Source: an uncultured Chlamydiales bacterium
GTDB taxonomy: Bacteria; Chlamydiota; Chlamydiia; Chlamydiales; Rhabdochlamydiaceae
NCBI GenBank assembly: GCA_963700985.1
Contig: OY969554.1
Location: 448,001-512,000 of the forward strand
Length of the DNA stretch: 64,000 nt
Reading direction: 5' to 3'
In this document: in pieces, positions 1-9,508 of the stretch
Position numbering within the stretch: the first letter of the stretch is position 1
Layout of the letters: each line of letters begins with the position of its first letter
Made by a program: the position numbers and the translations under genes
The notes under the pieces: generated by a model
The model's database searches: none
What the model saw: only the letters and a program-made list of their open reading frames with translations
What the model was told of the DNA's origin: nothing

Positions 1-77
1 GATTGCACTGTAAGGGGAAGGTCTCTTTTTTGCAAATAGACCCTTCTCTAAAAGATCATGGCTTTAGGACAGCGTGT

Positions 78-1502
78 CTAAGCGGCACCACTTGCGGCAT
101 AGCGCTTATTTTTTTGTGTGACGAGATCGAAAAACTTATCTCGGTTCACACGAGCCAGCAAGCTTACATCTCTTGAGATCTTCTCTAAGCCATCGGCGAT
201 GTTTGGCTGAGCTCCGCCACGAGGCGTTGTGATGATGGAAACCATCAGAGCGATGAAATGAGCTGCATTTGGATTCGTGCGCTCAAGCGCCTCAAAAGCA
301 GCTTTTATAGCGTTCAAGTTTTCAACCGTATGTGTAGCAGGAGTGTTGTATACTTTTTGCACTCTAAAGAATTGATAAACTAACGGATCGATGCAGAATG
401 GGGTAATTGTTAAATTATTCCAGGGGCGAACTCTTGGTTCCGATGGATCCACAGCTTCATAAGAAGTGCGCTTCGCTAAGAAGGCCGCGGCATCGTCTAA
501 GTTATGAAAATGTTTGGCGCAGGCTTTGTGTGTGCCATTGACTAATTTGTCGTGAGAATCGAAATAGACGATTTCTTGAATCTTACTTTTATCATCTGGA
601 TTTCTATAAATGATAATCCCAAAACTTTCGAATCGACCATTCGTAAACCCGCCATAGACAGTGTGTTGATCAGGTAGTTTTGCTTGAAGCTCGATTAGCT
701 TGTTTTTAAAGGAGACCGAATCAGGTGTTTCACTGCTTAACTCCATAGAAAAAGGCACTTCTTGAACTAGGAATGGAAAAAGTTGTTGGAGATTCTCACC
801 AAAGTCAGCAAAGTCTACCAGATCTTCTTCGTTGAGTTCATCAGCACTTTGATCCACATTTCTAGCCCGGACCTCAGCCATTTTTTGCTGACCATGGATT
901 AAGCTTCTGTCGATAAAATCTGTGTCGATATGACTGCCATCTCTATACAGCAGAGCTTGCTGAGCAAATTCTAAATTAATGGCCGTACATGCGAGTTTAT
1001 AATTCTTACTTGCGGGGCCTGGTGCTAAAACTAAAGGCGTGCTGGTTTGGCTCCAACTGCCGGTAATGGTCTTGAACCCAAAAGTAGGTGGGAGGGGATT
1101 TCCTGTGGTGCGAGTAAGAGTTGAGAAAAGTGTTTGAAAATGGCGTTTAGCCGCTTTCCCGATTTTAAGCTGCACAGAGAGTGGGGCTGATCCATGAGCT
1201 GAAGACGTTGGTGTGTAAGTTGCCCTACCCGTGCCGAGATCGAAATCGATTTCACTGATCTGGTCGCGTTTAAAATCGATGTTATCTTTTTCAAGCCCAA
1301 TCATTAGATCTTCAATTTTGGCAGCGCAGATCTCATTCCATTCTTCTTGAGTATGGGCCATGCGTCGATCGTCGCGCATGTGCGTAATGTAAAAGCGATT
1401 TTCGCCAATGGTGACATAAACGCCCTCCATTAAACCCAAAGCGGCAGGGGGAGCAGGTGCGCTTTTAAGAGACGGATTAACTGAGGTAGATGATGTAGAC
1501 AT
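78..1502 (-). CDS. Putative secreted cysteine protease/deubiquitinase of the viral-tegument-like (VTD, peptidase C76-like) family
   Basis: 474 aa; Ser/Thr/Pro-rich N-terminus; motifs ITGSWSQ...LACTAINLEF...IDRSLIHG...IVYFDSH resemble the herpesviral tegument DUB pattern (GSxxQ, catalytic Cys, LDxxLxxG, FDSH/FDPH). Confidence 0.6.
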   Translation of the reverse strand: MSTSSTSVNPSLKSAPAPPAALGLMEGVYVTIGENRFYITHMRDDRRMAHTQEEWNEICAAKIEDLMIGLEKDNIDFKRDQISEIDFDLGTGRATYTPTSSAHGSAPLSVQLKIGKAAKRHFQTLFSTLTRTTGNPLPPTFGFKTITGSWSQTSTPLVLAPGPASKNYKLACTAINLEFAQQALLYRDGSHIDTDFIDRSLIHGQQKMAEVRARNVDQSADELNEEDLVDFADFGENLQQLFPFLVQEVPFSMELSSETPDSVSFKNKLIELQAKLPDQHTVYGGFTNGRFESFGIIIYRNPDDKSKIQEIVYFDSHDKLVNGTHKACAKHFHNLDDAAAFLAKRTSYEAVDPSEPRVRPWNNLTITPFCIDPLVYQFFRVQKVYNTPATHTVENLNAIKAAFEALERTNPNAAHFIALMVSIITTPRGGAQPNIADGLEKISRDVSLLARVNRDKFFDLVTQKNKRYAASGAA

Positions 1503-1686
1503 AGATGTTTATTCTAATTGTATTGTTTAATTTTAAATTAATTATATAACATCCTCTCATAATTTACAATCATTATCTAAATCTATTGCTTAATAGGTAA
1601 CTCATTCATTGTCAGTGACTTGTGAGTGACAATAAAATTAATGTTGATAGAGTTAAGTCACTCATTTACAGTGTGAAATAACAAAG

Positions 1687-2376
1687 ATGAAATCGCTCTT
1701 AACTCTACTTATTTTTCTTCTCGCCGCAGAGGGATCTTTAGAAGCCCGCAGTGTGCTTATCTCTAAAAATATCAATTATTTAGAAGAGATTGAATTTCAA
1801 GGGGTTGGGAAGATAATTCTCCTGCAAGGTAACCATAGTAGTGTCCAGATTGAAGGGGATGAAGAGATCATCCATGACACGAAAGTCAAAGTGCAAAGTG
1901 GCATTCTCAAAATCACCCGCAAAGAAAACGCCTTTAAACAGCCTTCCCCCACACTCGTGTGCACCATCACAACTGAAAGCGACCTAAATAAGATTATTCT
2001 CAAAAGCGATGCTCGGCTTCAAACCGAAAAGCTTAAATTGTCAGATCTTCAAATCGATCTGCATGATCGCTCTTCTGGCGAAGTCTCTCTTGCTGGCAAA
2101 AATTTGCTCTGCCGACTTTCAGACAAAAGCAGTTTAACAATGTCAGGTGAAGTCAAAAATCAAGAAGTGCTGGTTGAAGATTTTGGCCGCTATCAAGCAT
2201 CGGCGCTAGGATCTCGCGATTGTGAAGTAAAAGTGACGGGAAGTGGACAAGCCGAAGTGCAGGCGGATGAGAAACTTGCTGCGTTCGCCTCAGGCCAGGG
2301 TGTGATTTATTATTCTAAAGAGCCCATGCACCTCACAAGGCGAGTTTCCGGCCTTGGACAGATTTTAAAGAGGTAA
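1687..2376 (+). CDS. DUF2807 / head GIN domain protein (putative adhesin-like, signal peptide)
   Basis: N-terminal signal peptide; repeated beta-solenoid motifs ending VKVTGSGQAEVQA...ASGQGVIYY...VSGLGQI typical of DUF2807. Confidence 0.8.
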   Translation: MKSLLTLLIFLLAAEGSLEARSVLISKNINYLEEIEFQGVGKIILLQGNHSSVQIEGDEEIIHDTKVKVQSGILKITRKENAFKQPSPTLVCTITTESDLNKIILKSDARLQTEKLKLSDLQIDLHDRSSGEVSLAGKNLLCRLSDKSSLTMSGEVKNQEVLVEDFGRYQASALGSRDCEVKVTGSGQAEVQADEKLAAFASGQGVIYYSKEPMHLTRRVSGLGQILKR

Positions 2377-2377
2377 G

Positions 2378-3094
2378 ATGAGTTTCATTCCAAGGGCTTT
2401 GACCTTAATCATCTTGAGCATTCTTCCCGCTTTCGTATGCTTTTCAGAACAAACCGCACCTCTGCAAGAAAAAGTTATCAATCTTCACGATATCGATAAG
2501 CTGCTCTACCGTGGAAATGGCATTTTGATCATAGAACAAGGACCAATTCCCAAAGTTATCTTAGATGGAAGCGCGGATGAGGTCGCAAACACCTCGATTG
2601 TCTTGACCGATCATACGTTAGTGGTAAAAGAAAAGAGAGGCTTTCTCGATTTTTTTCGTTCTCGACCCTCTACCATTAAATGCACAGTTGTTCTCGAAGA
2701 TCTGGTCTCCTTCACGCTTGAAGGTGATGCAAACGTACGCATGCATAAGTTCAAAGCAAACGATCTGGAGTTAGTCATAAGAGATAATGCTGAATTGCAT
2801 ATTCAGGTAGAAGCCAATGGCCTTTCTACTTTTCTTATTCGTGACGCCGAAATATTTCTGGATGGACGCGTAGGGAATCAGCGCGTGCTCATCAGCAACG
2901 GCGGGCTTTATCGAGCCAAAGATTTGAAAAGCGAAGGTGCTCAGATCACCATCGAAGGTTCTGGAATGGCCTATGTAAGTGTGACTAACAACCTAGATGT
3001 GACCATCACAAACAACGGAATAGTTAGCTATAACGGCACTCCCAAAAAAATCCAGAGCCATATCACTGGCAGCGGTCAACTCATCGAAGAGTAA
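2378..3094 (+). CDS. DUF2807 / head GIN domain protein, tandem paralog
   Basis: Signal peptide; ITIEGSGMAYVSV...NGIVSYNGTP...ITGSGQL; starts 1 nt after the previous stop. Confidence 0.8.
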   Translation: MSFIPRALTLIILSILPAFVCFSEQTAPLQEKVINLHDIDKLLYRGNGILIIEQGPIPKVILDGSADEVANTSIVLTDHTLVVKEKRGFLDFFRSRPSTIKCTVVLEDLVSFTLEGDANVRMHKFKANDLELVIRDNAELHIQVEANGLSTFLIRDAEIFLDGRVGNQRVLISNGGLYRAKDLKSEGAQITIEGSGMAYVSVTNNLDVTITNNGIVSYNGTPKKIQSHITGSGQLIEE

Positions 3095-3178
3095 TTCTTC
3101 CTCTTAAATAATCGATCTTTGGTGTAAATCTCTTTCATAAGCTATTCTTCAAGGTTTTCAACTTGTGATATTAAGAAA

Positions 3179-3757
3179 ATGAACAAAAAAACAGAAAAAC
3201 TGCTATGTCGCTGCGCATGGGTTCCACCTGGCAACGCGTTATATGAAGCCTATCACGATACAGAGTGGGGCGTGCCCGTGCACGATGATCAGAAGCATTT
3301 TGAGTTTCTGATTCTGGAAGGCGCGCAAGCTGGCTTGAGCTGGCTTACCATTCTTAAAAGACGCGAAGGCTATCGCAAAGCATTTGCCAATTTTGATCCT
3401 AAAAAAGTGGCGAAATTCAGCGAAGCCAAAATGGCTGAACTCCTTCAAGATGAAGGGATCATTCGCAATCGTTTAAAAATTGCCTCAGCAGTTAATAACG
3501 CTAAACTTTTCCTGGAAATTCAAGCTGAATTTGGCAGCTTCGATAAGTATATATGGCAATTTGTTGGTGGTAAAACCATCCAGAATAAGCGCCAAAGTAT
3601 CCGCGAGATCCCGCCAGAATCCAAAGAGTCTCGAGCTTTAAGTGCAGATTTAAAGAAAAGAGGCTTCAAATTCGTAGGCTCTACTGTGATGTATGCCCAC
3701 ATGCAAGCCACGGGCTTAATCAATGACCACACCATCGACTGCTTCCGTTATAATTAA
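3179..3757 (+). CDS. tag: DNA-3-methyladenine glycosylase I
   Basis: RCAW, YHDTEWGVP, LEGAQAGLSWLTIL, IIRNRLKI, FKFVGST, NDH..DC motifs. Confidence 0.96.
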   Translation: MNKKTEKLLCRCAWVPPGNALYEAYHDTEWGVPVHDDQKHFEFLILEGAQAGLSWLTILKRREGYRKAFANFDPKKVAKFSEAKMAELLQDEGIIRNRLKIASAVNNAKLFLEIQAEFGSFDKYIWQFVGGKTIQNKRQSIREIPPESKESRALSADLKKRGFKFVGSTVMYAHMQATGLINDHTIDCFRYN

Positions 3758-3775
3758 AAGAAAACAGGTAAAAGA

Positions 3776-3905
3776 AAACAGGATCCGCTTCGCTAGCAAG
3801 ATCGCCGCATTCGCGTCGGCTGGATAAGTAGGATCATGAGGGAAGCTTTTTTTATCATGCTTATCCTGTCGGCGCTATGCGCCGATCCTGCATATCCTGT
3901 TAATC
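3776..3905. repeat. CAGGAT/ATCCTG palindromic intergenic repeat (family 1)
   Basis: aacaggat...gatcctgcatatcctgtt; the right arm is shared with copies near 10.8, 28.8, 30.9 and 57.2 kb. Confidence 0.65.
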
Positions 3906-3953
3906 TTTTTAATTAAAGTTGCTTCGTGCGGGCAAGGCAATTTCGAAAGAGAT

Positions 3954-5786
3954 TTATTCGACAGTGACAGATTTGGCGAGATTGCGCGGTTGATCGATGT
4001 CGGTTCCGCGTTTCTTGGCGATGTAATAAGCGAAAAGTTGCGCTGCAATAGAATAGGGAATGCAGGCTAGCTCATCAATAATCGGAGGCAGCAGAATCAG
4101 ATCATCGGTGACAGATTCAATGTCTGGAGCATCCGCAGGCGCAAATGCAACAATCGGTGCGCCACGTGCTTTAACTTCCATGAGGTTGCTGAGCATTTTC
4201 TCATAAGTGCGCTTATTGCCGCACATGCCGATAACAGGCAGATTTGGATTCACCAGAGCAATAGGCCCGTGCTTCATTTCGCCAGCTGGATAACCTAGGG
4301 CATTGAGGTAGCTGATTTCTTTGAGCTTTAAGGCGGCCTCTAGGCTGGTGGTAAACATGTAGTGGCGGCCGAGGAAGAAGAAATTCTCATACCCTGCATA
4401 CTTGTCGGCGATGCGTTTGATATCTTCTTTCTGCGCCAAAATCATCTGAATTTTATCTGGCAACTGTTGAAGTTCTGATAAAAAAGCTTGGCCTTCTTCT
4501 TTGCTCATGTGGCGCAAGCGCGCCATTAGCAGTGTAAAGAGCGAGAGAACCGTAAGTTGGCTAGTGAAGGCTTTCGTTGAGCAGACGCTGATTTCAGGAC
4601 CAGCTCGAAGATAGATACAATGATCTGCTTCGCGGGTCAAAGTGGAGTTGCGTACATTGCAAATTCCCAATACTTTGGCGCCTTTGCTCTTTACTTCACG
4701 CACCGCTGCAATTGTATCGAGCGTTTCACCAGATTGGCTAATCGCAATCACTAGCGTGTCTTCGGAAACAATAGGATTTTTATAGCGGAACTCAGAGGCG
4801 ATCTCAGCTTGTGTTGGAATGCGCGCTTTATCTTCCAATAGCGAAGCTGCAATCGAACCTGCGTGCCATGAGGTGCCGCAAGCTAGAATGAGGATACGGC
4901 GCACTGATAGTAACTCTTTTGGAGTGAGTTCTAGGTTTTCGAATTCTGCTGTGCCGTAATCATCGATGAAGCGGTTATGGAAGGCTTGCTGCACTGTGTG
5001 CGGCTGTTCGAAGATCTCTTTGAGCATAAAATGCTCGAAGCCATTTTTAGTGATAACTTGGTTCTCAAGCCCTAGGCGATTCATGGTCACAGAAACAGGT
5101 GCAGAAGTTGAATCAAAGATTTTGACGTGTTCTTGAGTGATCAGGGCAACTTCATTATTACGCAGGAAGACGACATCAAGATCAGAGTTATCAAAAGCAT
5201 TGGCATCGGAGGCTACATAAGCTTCTGTGCGATTTGGATGCAGCCCAATGGCAATCGGGTTTTCGCGCGCGGCAGTAACGATCTGGTCCGGATGGTTTTT
5301 GTGAATGACAGCCAAGCCCCAAAAACCTTGAAGCAGTGCAAGCGCTTTTTGTACGGAAAGTAGAAAGTCTCCCTCGTAAAAATGGGAGATTAACTGCGCA
5401 ATTACTTCTGAATCTGTGTCTGATTGGAAAGAAACGCCCTTTTTTTTCAGCATCTCTCTAAGTGCAATGTGATTTTCGATAATGCCGTTATGCACCACCG
5501 CGATCGAGTTTTGCTGATCGAAATGGGGGTGAGCATTCTCTTTTGTAGGCTTGCCGTGTGTTGCCCAGCGCGTGTGGGAGATGGCAATATCGAGGCTCAT
5601 AGGTAGAGATTGCAGCGCGTCTTCTAAAGCGGCGATTTTACCGATCTCTTTACGTGAGACAAGCTCACCTTCAAAGATGCCCGCCAGACCGGCAGAGTCA
5701 TATCCGCGGTATTCTAACCGGCGTAAGCCTTCAATACAGACTTTTGCTGAGTCACGCTTGCCTAGGTAGCCGAATATGCCGCACAT
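3954..5786 (-). CDS. glmS: Glutamine--fructose-6-phosphate transaminase (isomerizing)
   Basis: MCGIFG N-terminus, LEYRGYDSAG, HTRWATHG, SQSGET, C-terminal PRNLAKSVTVE. Confidence 0.98.
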   Translation of the reverse strand: MCGIFGYLGKRDSAKVCIEGLRRLEYRGYDSAGLAGIFEGELVSRKEIGKIAALEDALQSLPMSLDIAISHTRWATHGKPTKENAHPHFDQQNSIAVVHNGIIENHIALREMLKKKGVSFQSDTDSEVIAQLISHFYEGDFLLSVQKALALLQGFWGLAVIHKNHPDQIVTAARENPIAIGLHPNRTEAYVASDANAFDNSDLDVVFLRNNEVALITQEHVKIFDSTSAPVSVTMNRLGLENQVITKNGFEHFMLKEIFEQPHTVQQAFHNRFIDDYGTAEFENLELTPKELLSVRRILILACGTSWHAGSIAASLLEDKARIPTQAEIASEFRYKNPIVSEDTLVIAISQSGETLDTIAAVREVKSKGAKVLGICNVRNSTLTREADHCIYLRAGPEISVCSTKAFTSQLTVLSLFTLLMARLRHMSKEEGQAFLSELQQLPDKIQMILAQKEDIKRIADKYAGYENFFFLGRHYMFTTSLEAALKLKEISYLNALGYPAGEMKHGPIALVNPNLPVIGMCGNKRTYEKMLSNLMEVKARGAPIVAFAPADAPDIESVTDDLILLPPIIDELACIPYSIAAQLFAYYIAKKRGTDIDQPRNLAKSVTVE

Positions 5787-5889
5787 GGAGGAGTAGATGG
5801 GGTTTTTAGATTTCTAATTTGGGACTGTAGCAGAAATGCATATAAATGTTAATGATAGGTTAAATTCAAAAAATTTTTAAGGGTTGTAT

Positions 5890-6393
5890 ATGGTAAAACT
5901 TTCAGCGAAAACCGTCAGCGAATCGGCTGTGCATGAGCACACCTATAAGGTTTTTCCCAATGATCTCAATTCGAATAAGACCGTATTTGGCGGCCTTGTG
6001 ATGTCTATTTTGGATAGAACTGCACTGGTGGTGGCTGAACGGCATAGCAAGCTGACCTGTGTGACCGCATCCGTGGACGCCATGCATTTTTTAGCCCCCG
6101 CTAAAGAAGGAGATATTCTACTCTTCGGTGCCTCGATCAATCGCGTCTGGCGCACCTCTATGGAAGTAGGTGTAAAGGTGATGAGCGAGCACTATCGAAC
6201 CGGAGAAAAAAAGCATATCCTTTCAGCATACTTCACTTTCGTCGCAGTAGACGAAAATGGTAAGCCCGCCCCCGTGGCGCCCATTACCCCTCAAACTCCA
6301 CTTGAAAAACGCCGCTATGCTGAAGCCGAAGATAGGCGCATGCGTAGGCGTTCAGCTGCTGAAGAGCGCAAACGCAAGCGCGAAGAATTCTAG
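5890..6393 (+). CDS. Acyl-CoA thioesterase (YciA-like hotdog fold)
   Basis: VFPNDLN...VFGG...D, VTASVD, RTSMEVGV, SAYFTFVAVD; ATG at 5890 (TTG at 5884 is an alternative start). Confidence 0.9.
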   Translation: MVKLSAKTVSESAVHEHTYKVFPNDLNSNKTVFGGLVMSILDRTALVVAERHSKLTCVTASVDAMHFLAPAKEGDILLFGASINRVWRTSMEVGVKVMSEHYRTGEKKHILSAYFTFVAVDENGKPAPVAPITPQTPLEKRRYAEAEDRRMRRRSAAEERKRKREEF

Positions 6394-6415
6394 TCTAAGA
6401 AAACTTGCCGGAGTT

Positions 6416-6462
6416 CTTTTTTTTGGAGTGCGCGTGACTTGTCGCACGCACTCCAAAAAAGA
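6416..6462. repeat. TTTTGGAGTGCG...CGCACTCCAAAA palindrome (REP-like) between convergent genes
   Basis: ttttggagtgcg-cgtgacttgtcgca-cgcactccaaaa inverted repeat. Confidence 0.6.
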
Positions 6463-6466
6463 GTAC

Positions 6467-7738
6467 CTACAGTCTTAGAGCTGTTCGCTGTTTTTTTGAG
6501 GCAGGGCCTTCAGGGACATCCAATTCTTGAACCCAAGGCACAAGCTTCAAGATCTCATCTCGATTTAACTTAGGCAGATTAAGATATGGATTACATGCGA
6601 GCAAAAACCGCTCTAGCTTGGTACATTTAGCGATTGCAGGAGATACATACGTAATTCGATTCCAAAAGAGATCCAAAGCTCGCAATTCAAGTAGCATTCC
6701 GCATACGGGTGGCACTTCGGTCAATAAGTTGAAGCTTACATGTAAGGCTGTTAGCTGTTTACAGAGTTGAAGACCTGGATGCAGCTCTGTAAGCTTGTTG
6801 TTACTGATGTCGAGTTTAGTAAGGCTTGTGCAATAGGAGACTGCCATCGGCAACTCGGTGAATAAATTCTCACGAATTTCTAAAGTTTTAATACTAGAAC
6901 AAGCTCCGAGTGTGAGCGCTAGAATCTGAAGTCGATTACCATTAAGTGTTAGAGTTTCTAATTTTGTGCAAGTTCGAATAGCGGGGGTGATGCTTTTGAG
7001 TCTGCAATTTACCACCCTTAACTCAGTAAGCTCCCTGCAATTTCCAAGCTCATCAGGCAGATATGTCATGTACTGACTTGCAAAAGTAATATTTTGTAGC
7101 CCCTTTAAACACCCGACTAAGGGTGAGAGATGCTTTACACCGTAACCACTGAGATGTGTAATCAACCCTAAGTGCTTGCGATTTTTTTGCATCCAGCTAG
7201 AGATCTTTTCCGCTTTTGTGATCAGATCTAGGCCGATTAAACTCTTATCAAATTCCGGGGCAAGAACAAGCGGATGATCAGCCCCAAGCTTTTCGGCGCT
7301 AATTGCACGCTGTGAAAGATAGTGCGATGGGCGCATAACGTAGCCGAAAAGGCGGAGGATATCGCCTGCTCGAGAAGCAGCGGATAACCAAGCTGCATGC
7401 AATCTGCCTTGGGGTGCAGCAGGAAGAGCGGGTTTATCTAATACCCATTTAGCGTTCAAGAACTCGCTATGAATAACGCTCTCATAAAGGTTTTTTACCC
7501 ACTCCTTGTCGGAAGCTGCAGGACCGTTTACAAAAGAAAGCCTACTGCCATTGAAACCCTCAATATGGGGATCTTTTTCACATTCTCTGCGCAGTGCTTG
7601 CCAAAAGCCCTTAAAGATCTCTTCGTTGTTAAGTGCTTTTGATACTGTTCTCATCGCGCTGGCTTCAGGTTGACCCCCAAAACTCGCGACGTTATAGAGT
7701 ATTTCAGTTTTCAATCCTGTAAGCGTAAGTCCTGACAT
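6467..7738 (-). CDS. Leucine-rich-repeat protein with F-box-like N-terminus (putative effector)
   Basis: N-terminal LTGLKTEILYNVASF...VSKAL resembles an F-box; about 8 C-terminal 23-aa LRRs (LxxLxLxxNxLxxLP). Confidence 0.75.
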   Translation of the reverse strand: MSGLTLTGLKTEILYNVASFGGQPEASAMRTVSKALNNEEIFKGFWQALRRECEKDPHIEGFNGSRLSFVNGPAASDKEWVKNLYESVIHSEFLNAKWVLDKPALPAAPQGRLHAAWLSAASRAGDILRLFGYVMRPSHYLSQRAISAEKLGADHPLVLAPEFDKSLIGLDLITKAEKISSWMQKNRKHLGLITHLSGYGVKHLSPLVGCLKGLQNITFASQYMTYLPDELGNCRELTELRVVNCRLKSITPAIRTCTKLETLTLNGNRLQILALTLGACSSIKTLEIRENLFTELPMAVSYCTSLTKLDISNNKLTELHPGLQLCKQLTALHVSFNLLTEVPPVCGMLLELRALDLFWNRITYVSPAIAKCTKLERFLLACNPYLNLPKLNRDEILKLVPWVQELDVPEGPASKKQRTALRL

Positions 7739-7752
7739 AGTTTTTCCATTTT

Positions 7753-8529
7753 TTAGGTGATTTTTACAGCAGAGAAGGCGAGGAAGAGCGGAAACTCTTC
7801 GCGGCTGCGATTTTCCATAGTCGCGGTTCTGCCAATGCTCTTTTTATCCGAAAGCCACTCTTCCATCACTTCGATGGCAAAGCCAGCCTGCTTTAACCAG
7901 AGGCTATAGCTTGAAAGAGGGGAGTGGTAAGTCCAGGTGGAAGCGGACTCTCCACCTTGGCTGGGGTTAGTTTGGATAGGGATTTTCATCGGAGAAAAGT
8001 AACGATCTAGACGTCTGTATTGCATCTTCTTAGCTTCATCGATCTGCCAGCTAGATTGTCTCGGGATGCGGAAGCATGGATGGCTGAGCACTAGGACCAA
8101 TCTTCCTCCTTTTTTGAGCAGGCGTGCCGCGTTCTTTAAAACCTCTTCGGGAGCGGCGATATTCTGCAAGGCCAAGATGATTGTGGCATGTGAGAAGTTG
8201 TTTTCTTTTAACGTAAGTGCACGGCCAAGGTCGGCCGTCATAAAACGATGCGAAGGCTCTTGTCTTAAACGCTGGGCAGCCCGGATGAGCGAAGGGGAGG
8301 CATCGATGCCTAGATATTCAGTTCCACGTGGAAGGTGCCTTGAGAGCACGCCTTGGCCACAGGCCAGATCAACCAGTTTAGTCTCGGAAGAGTTGCCTAA
8401 ATCTAAAAGCTTAAGCACGCCCGGCAAAACGACATGTTGATGGTAGTAGTGGCCTTTTGGTCCTACGATTTTGTCATACCAACTATTGGAACTTTCCCAG
8501 GAATCTGAGCTCATTTCAGGTTTTCGCAT
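7753..8529 (-). CDS. Class I SAM-dependent methyltransferase
   Basis: VDLACGQG motif I, GIDAS, LKKGGRLV, HPCF. Confidence 0.9.
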   Translation of the reverse strand: MRKPEMSSDSWESSNSWYDKIVGPKGHYYHQHVVLPGVLKLLDLGNSSETKLVDLACGQGVLSRHLPRGTEYLGIDASPSLIRAAQRLRQEPSHRFMTADLGRALTLKENNFSHATIILALQNIAAPEEVLKNAARLLKKGGRLVLVLSHPCFRIPRQSSWQIDEAKKMQYRRLDRYFSPMKIPIQTNPSQGGESASTWTYHSPLSSYSLWLKQAGFAIEVMEEWLSDKKSIGRTATMENRSREEFPLFLAFSAVKIT

Positions 8530-8566
8530 TTAATTATTTAAACTTTCTCTATAAGATTCTAAAAAT

Positions 8567-9508
8567 ATGACGCAATTTTCTCAGAGAGTATACATCACCC
8601 GGAAGATTCCTTCTATTGCTAAGGAGCTGCTTTCTAAACATTTTTATGTTGAAGAAAACGCAGGCTCCTCCGGTTTGTCTAAAGAAAAATTGAAAGAGGC
8701 GGCTCAGCGCTGTGATGGGTTATTGACCACCTTTGTCGATCGTATCGATGCAGAGGTTTTGCAAAATGCTAAAATAAAGGCGATTTCCAATTATGCAATT
8801 GGATTAGATAACATCGATTTGGCCTTAGCTCGAAAGTTAGGCATTGCGGTTTATAACACACCAGACATCGTCACCAACAGCACGGCAGATCTTACGTTTG
8901 CTCTTTTGCTCTCTTTTATCAGACAGATTCCCCAGGCGCGCGACTATGTGAAAAAGGGGCTCTGGCAGCAGTTTGATCCGCTGCTTTTTTTAGGCGAAGA
9001 GCTGCATGGGAAAACTTTTGGTATTTTGGGATATGGCCGCATAGGAAAGGCTGTGGCGCAGAGGGCTCTGGGCTTTGGCTTAAAAGTGATCGTTTACCAC
9101 AGATCAGAAGTGACCCACTCTGGACCGCAAAAAAACTTTGAGCAAGTGAGTTTTGATGAGTTATTAAAACGCTCAGACTATCTTTCTTTGCATGTGCCGC
9201 TGACGCCAGAGACGCACAACATGATTAACTTGGAAACAATGGCAAAAATGGCTCGCAAGCCCATTTTGATCAACATGGCCCGGGGTGCAATTGTGAATCC
9301 TGATGACCTGGTGACCGTGTTGACAAAAGGCATGCTTCGCGGAGCTGTGTTGGATGTAACGAGTCCCGAGCCAATTCCGCACGAGCATCCTTTATGCCAT
9401 ATGGAAAATTGCTTGATTATCCCGCATTTAGGCACAGCGACTATTGAGTGTCGGGAAGCCATGGCTGTGCAAGCCGCACAAAATCTCATTGAACACTTTA
9501 AAAAATGA
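8567..9508 (+). CDS. D-isomer-specific 2-hydroxyacid dehydrogenase (glyoxylate reductase/D-glycerate dehydrogenase-like)
   Basis: GLDNID, GYGRIG, LHVPLTPETH, INMARG, LDVTSPEP, PHLGTAT. Confidence 0.93.
   Translation: MTQFSQRVYITRKIPSIAKELLSKHFYVEENAGSSGLSKEKLKEAAQRCDGLLTTFVDRIDAEVLQNAKIKAISNYAIGLDNIDLALARKLGIAVYNTPDIVTNSTADLTFALLLSFIRQIPQARDYVKKGLWQQFDPLLFLGEELHGKTFGILGYGRIGKAVAQRALGFGLKVIVYHRSEVTHSGPQKNFEQVSFDELLKRSDYLSLHVPLTPETHNMINLETMAKMARKPILINMARGAIVNPDDLVTVLTKGMLRGAVLDVTSPEPIPHEHPLCHMENCLIIPHLGTATIECREAMAVQAAQNLIEHFKK

Noticed and set aside
148-164. 17-nt identity (acacgagccagcaagct) between the first CDS and the MITE interior at 13598-13614
   Set aside because: A single 17-mer match is plausible by chance in 64 kb and there is no flanking similarity
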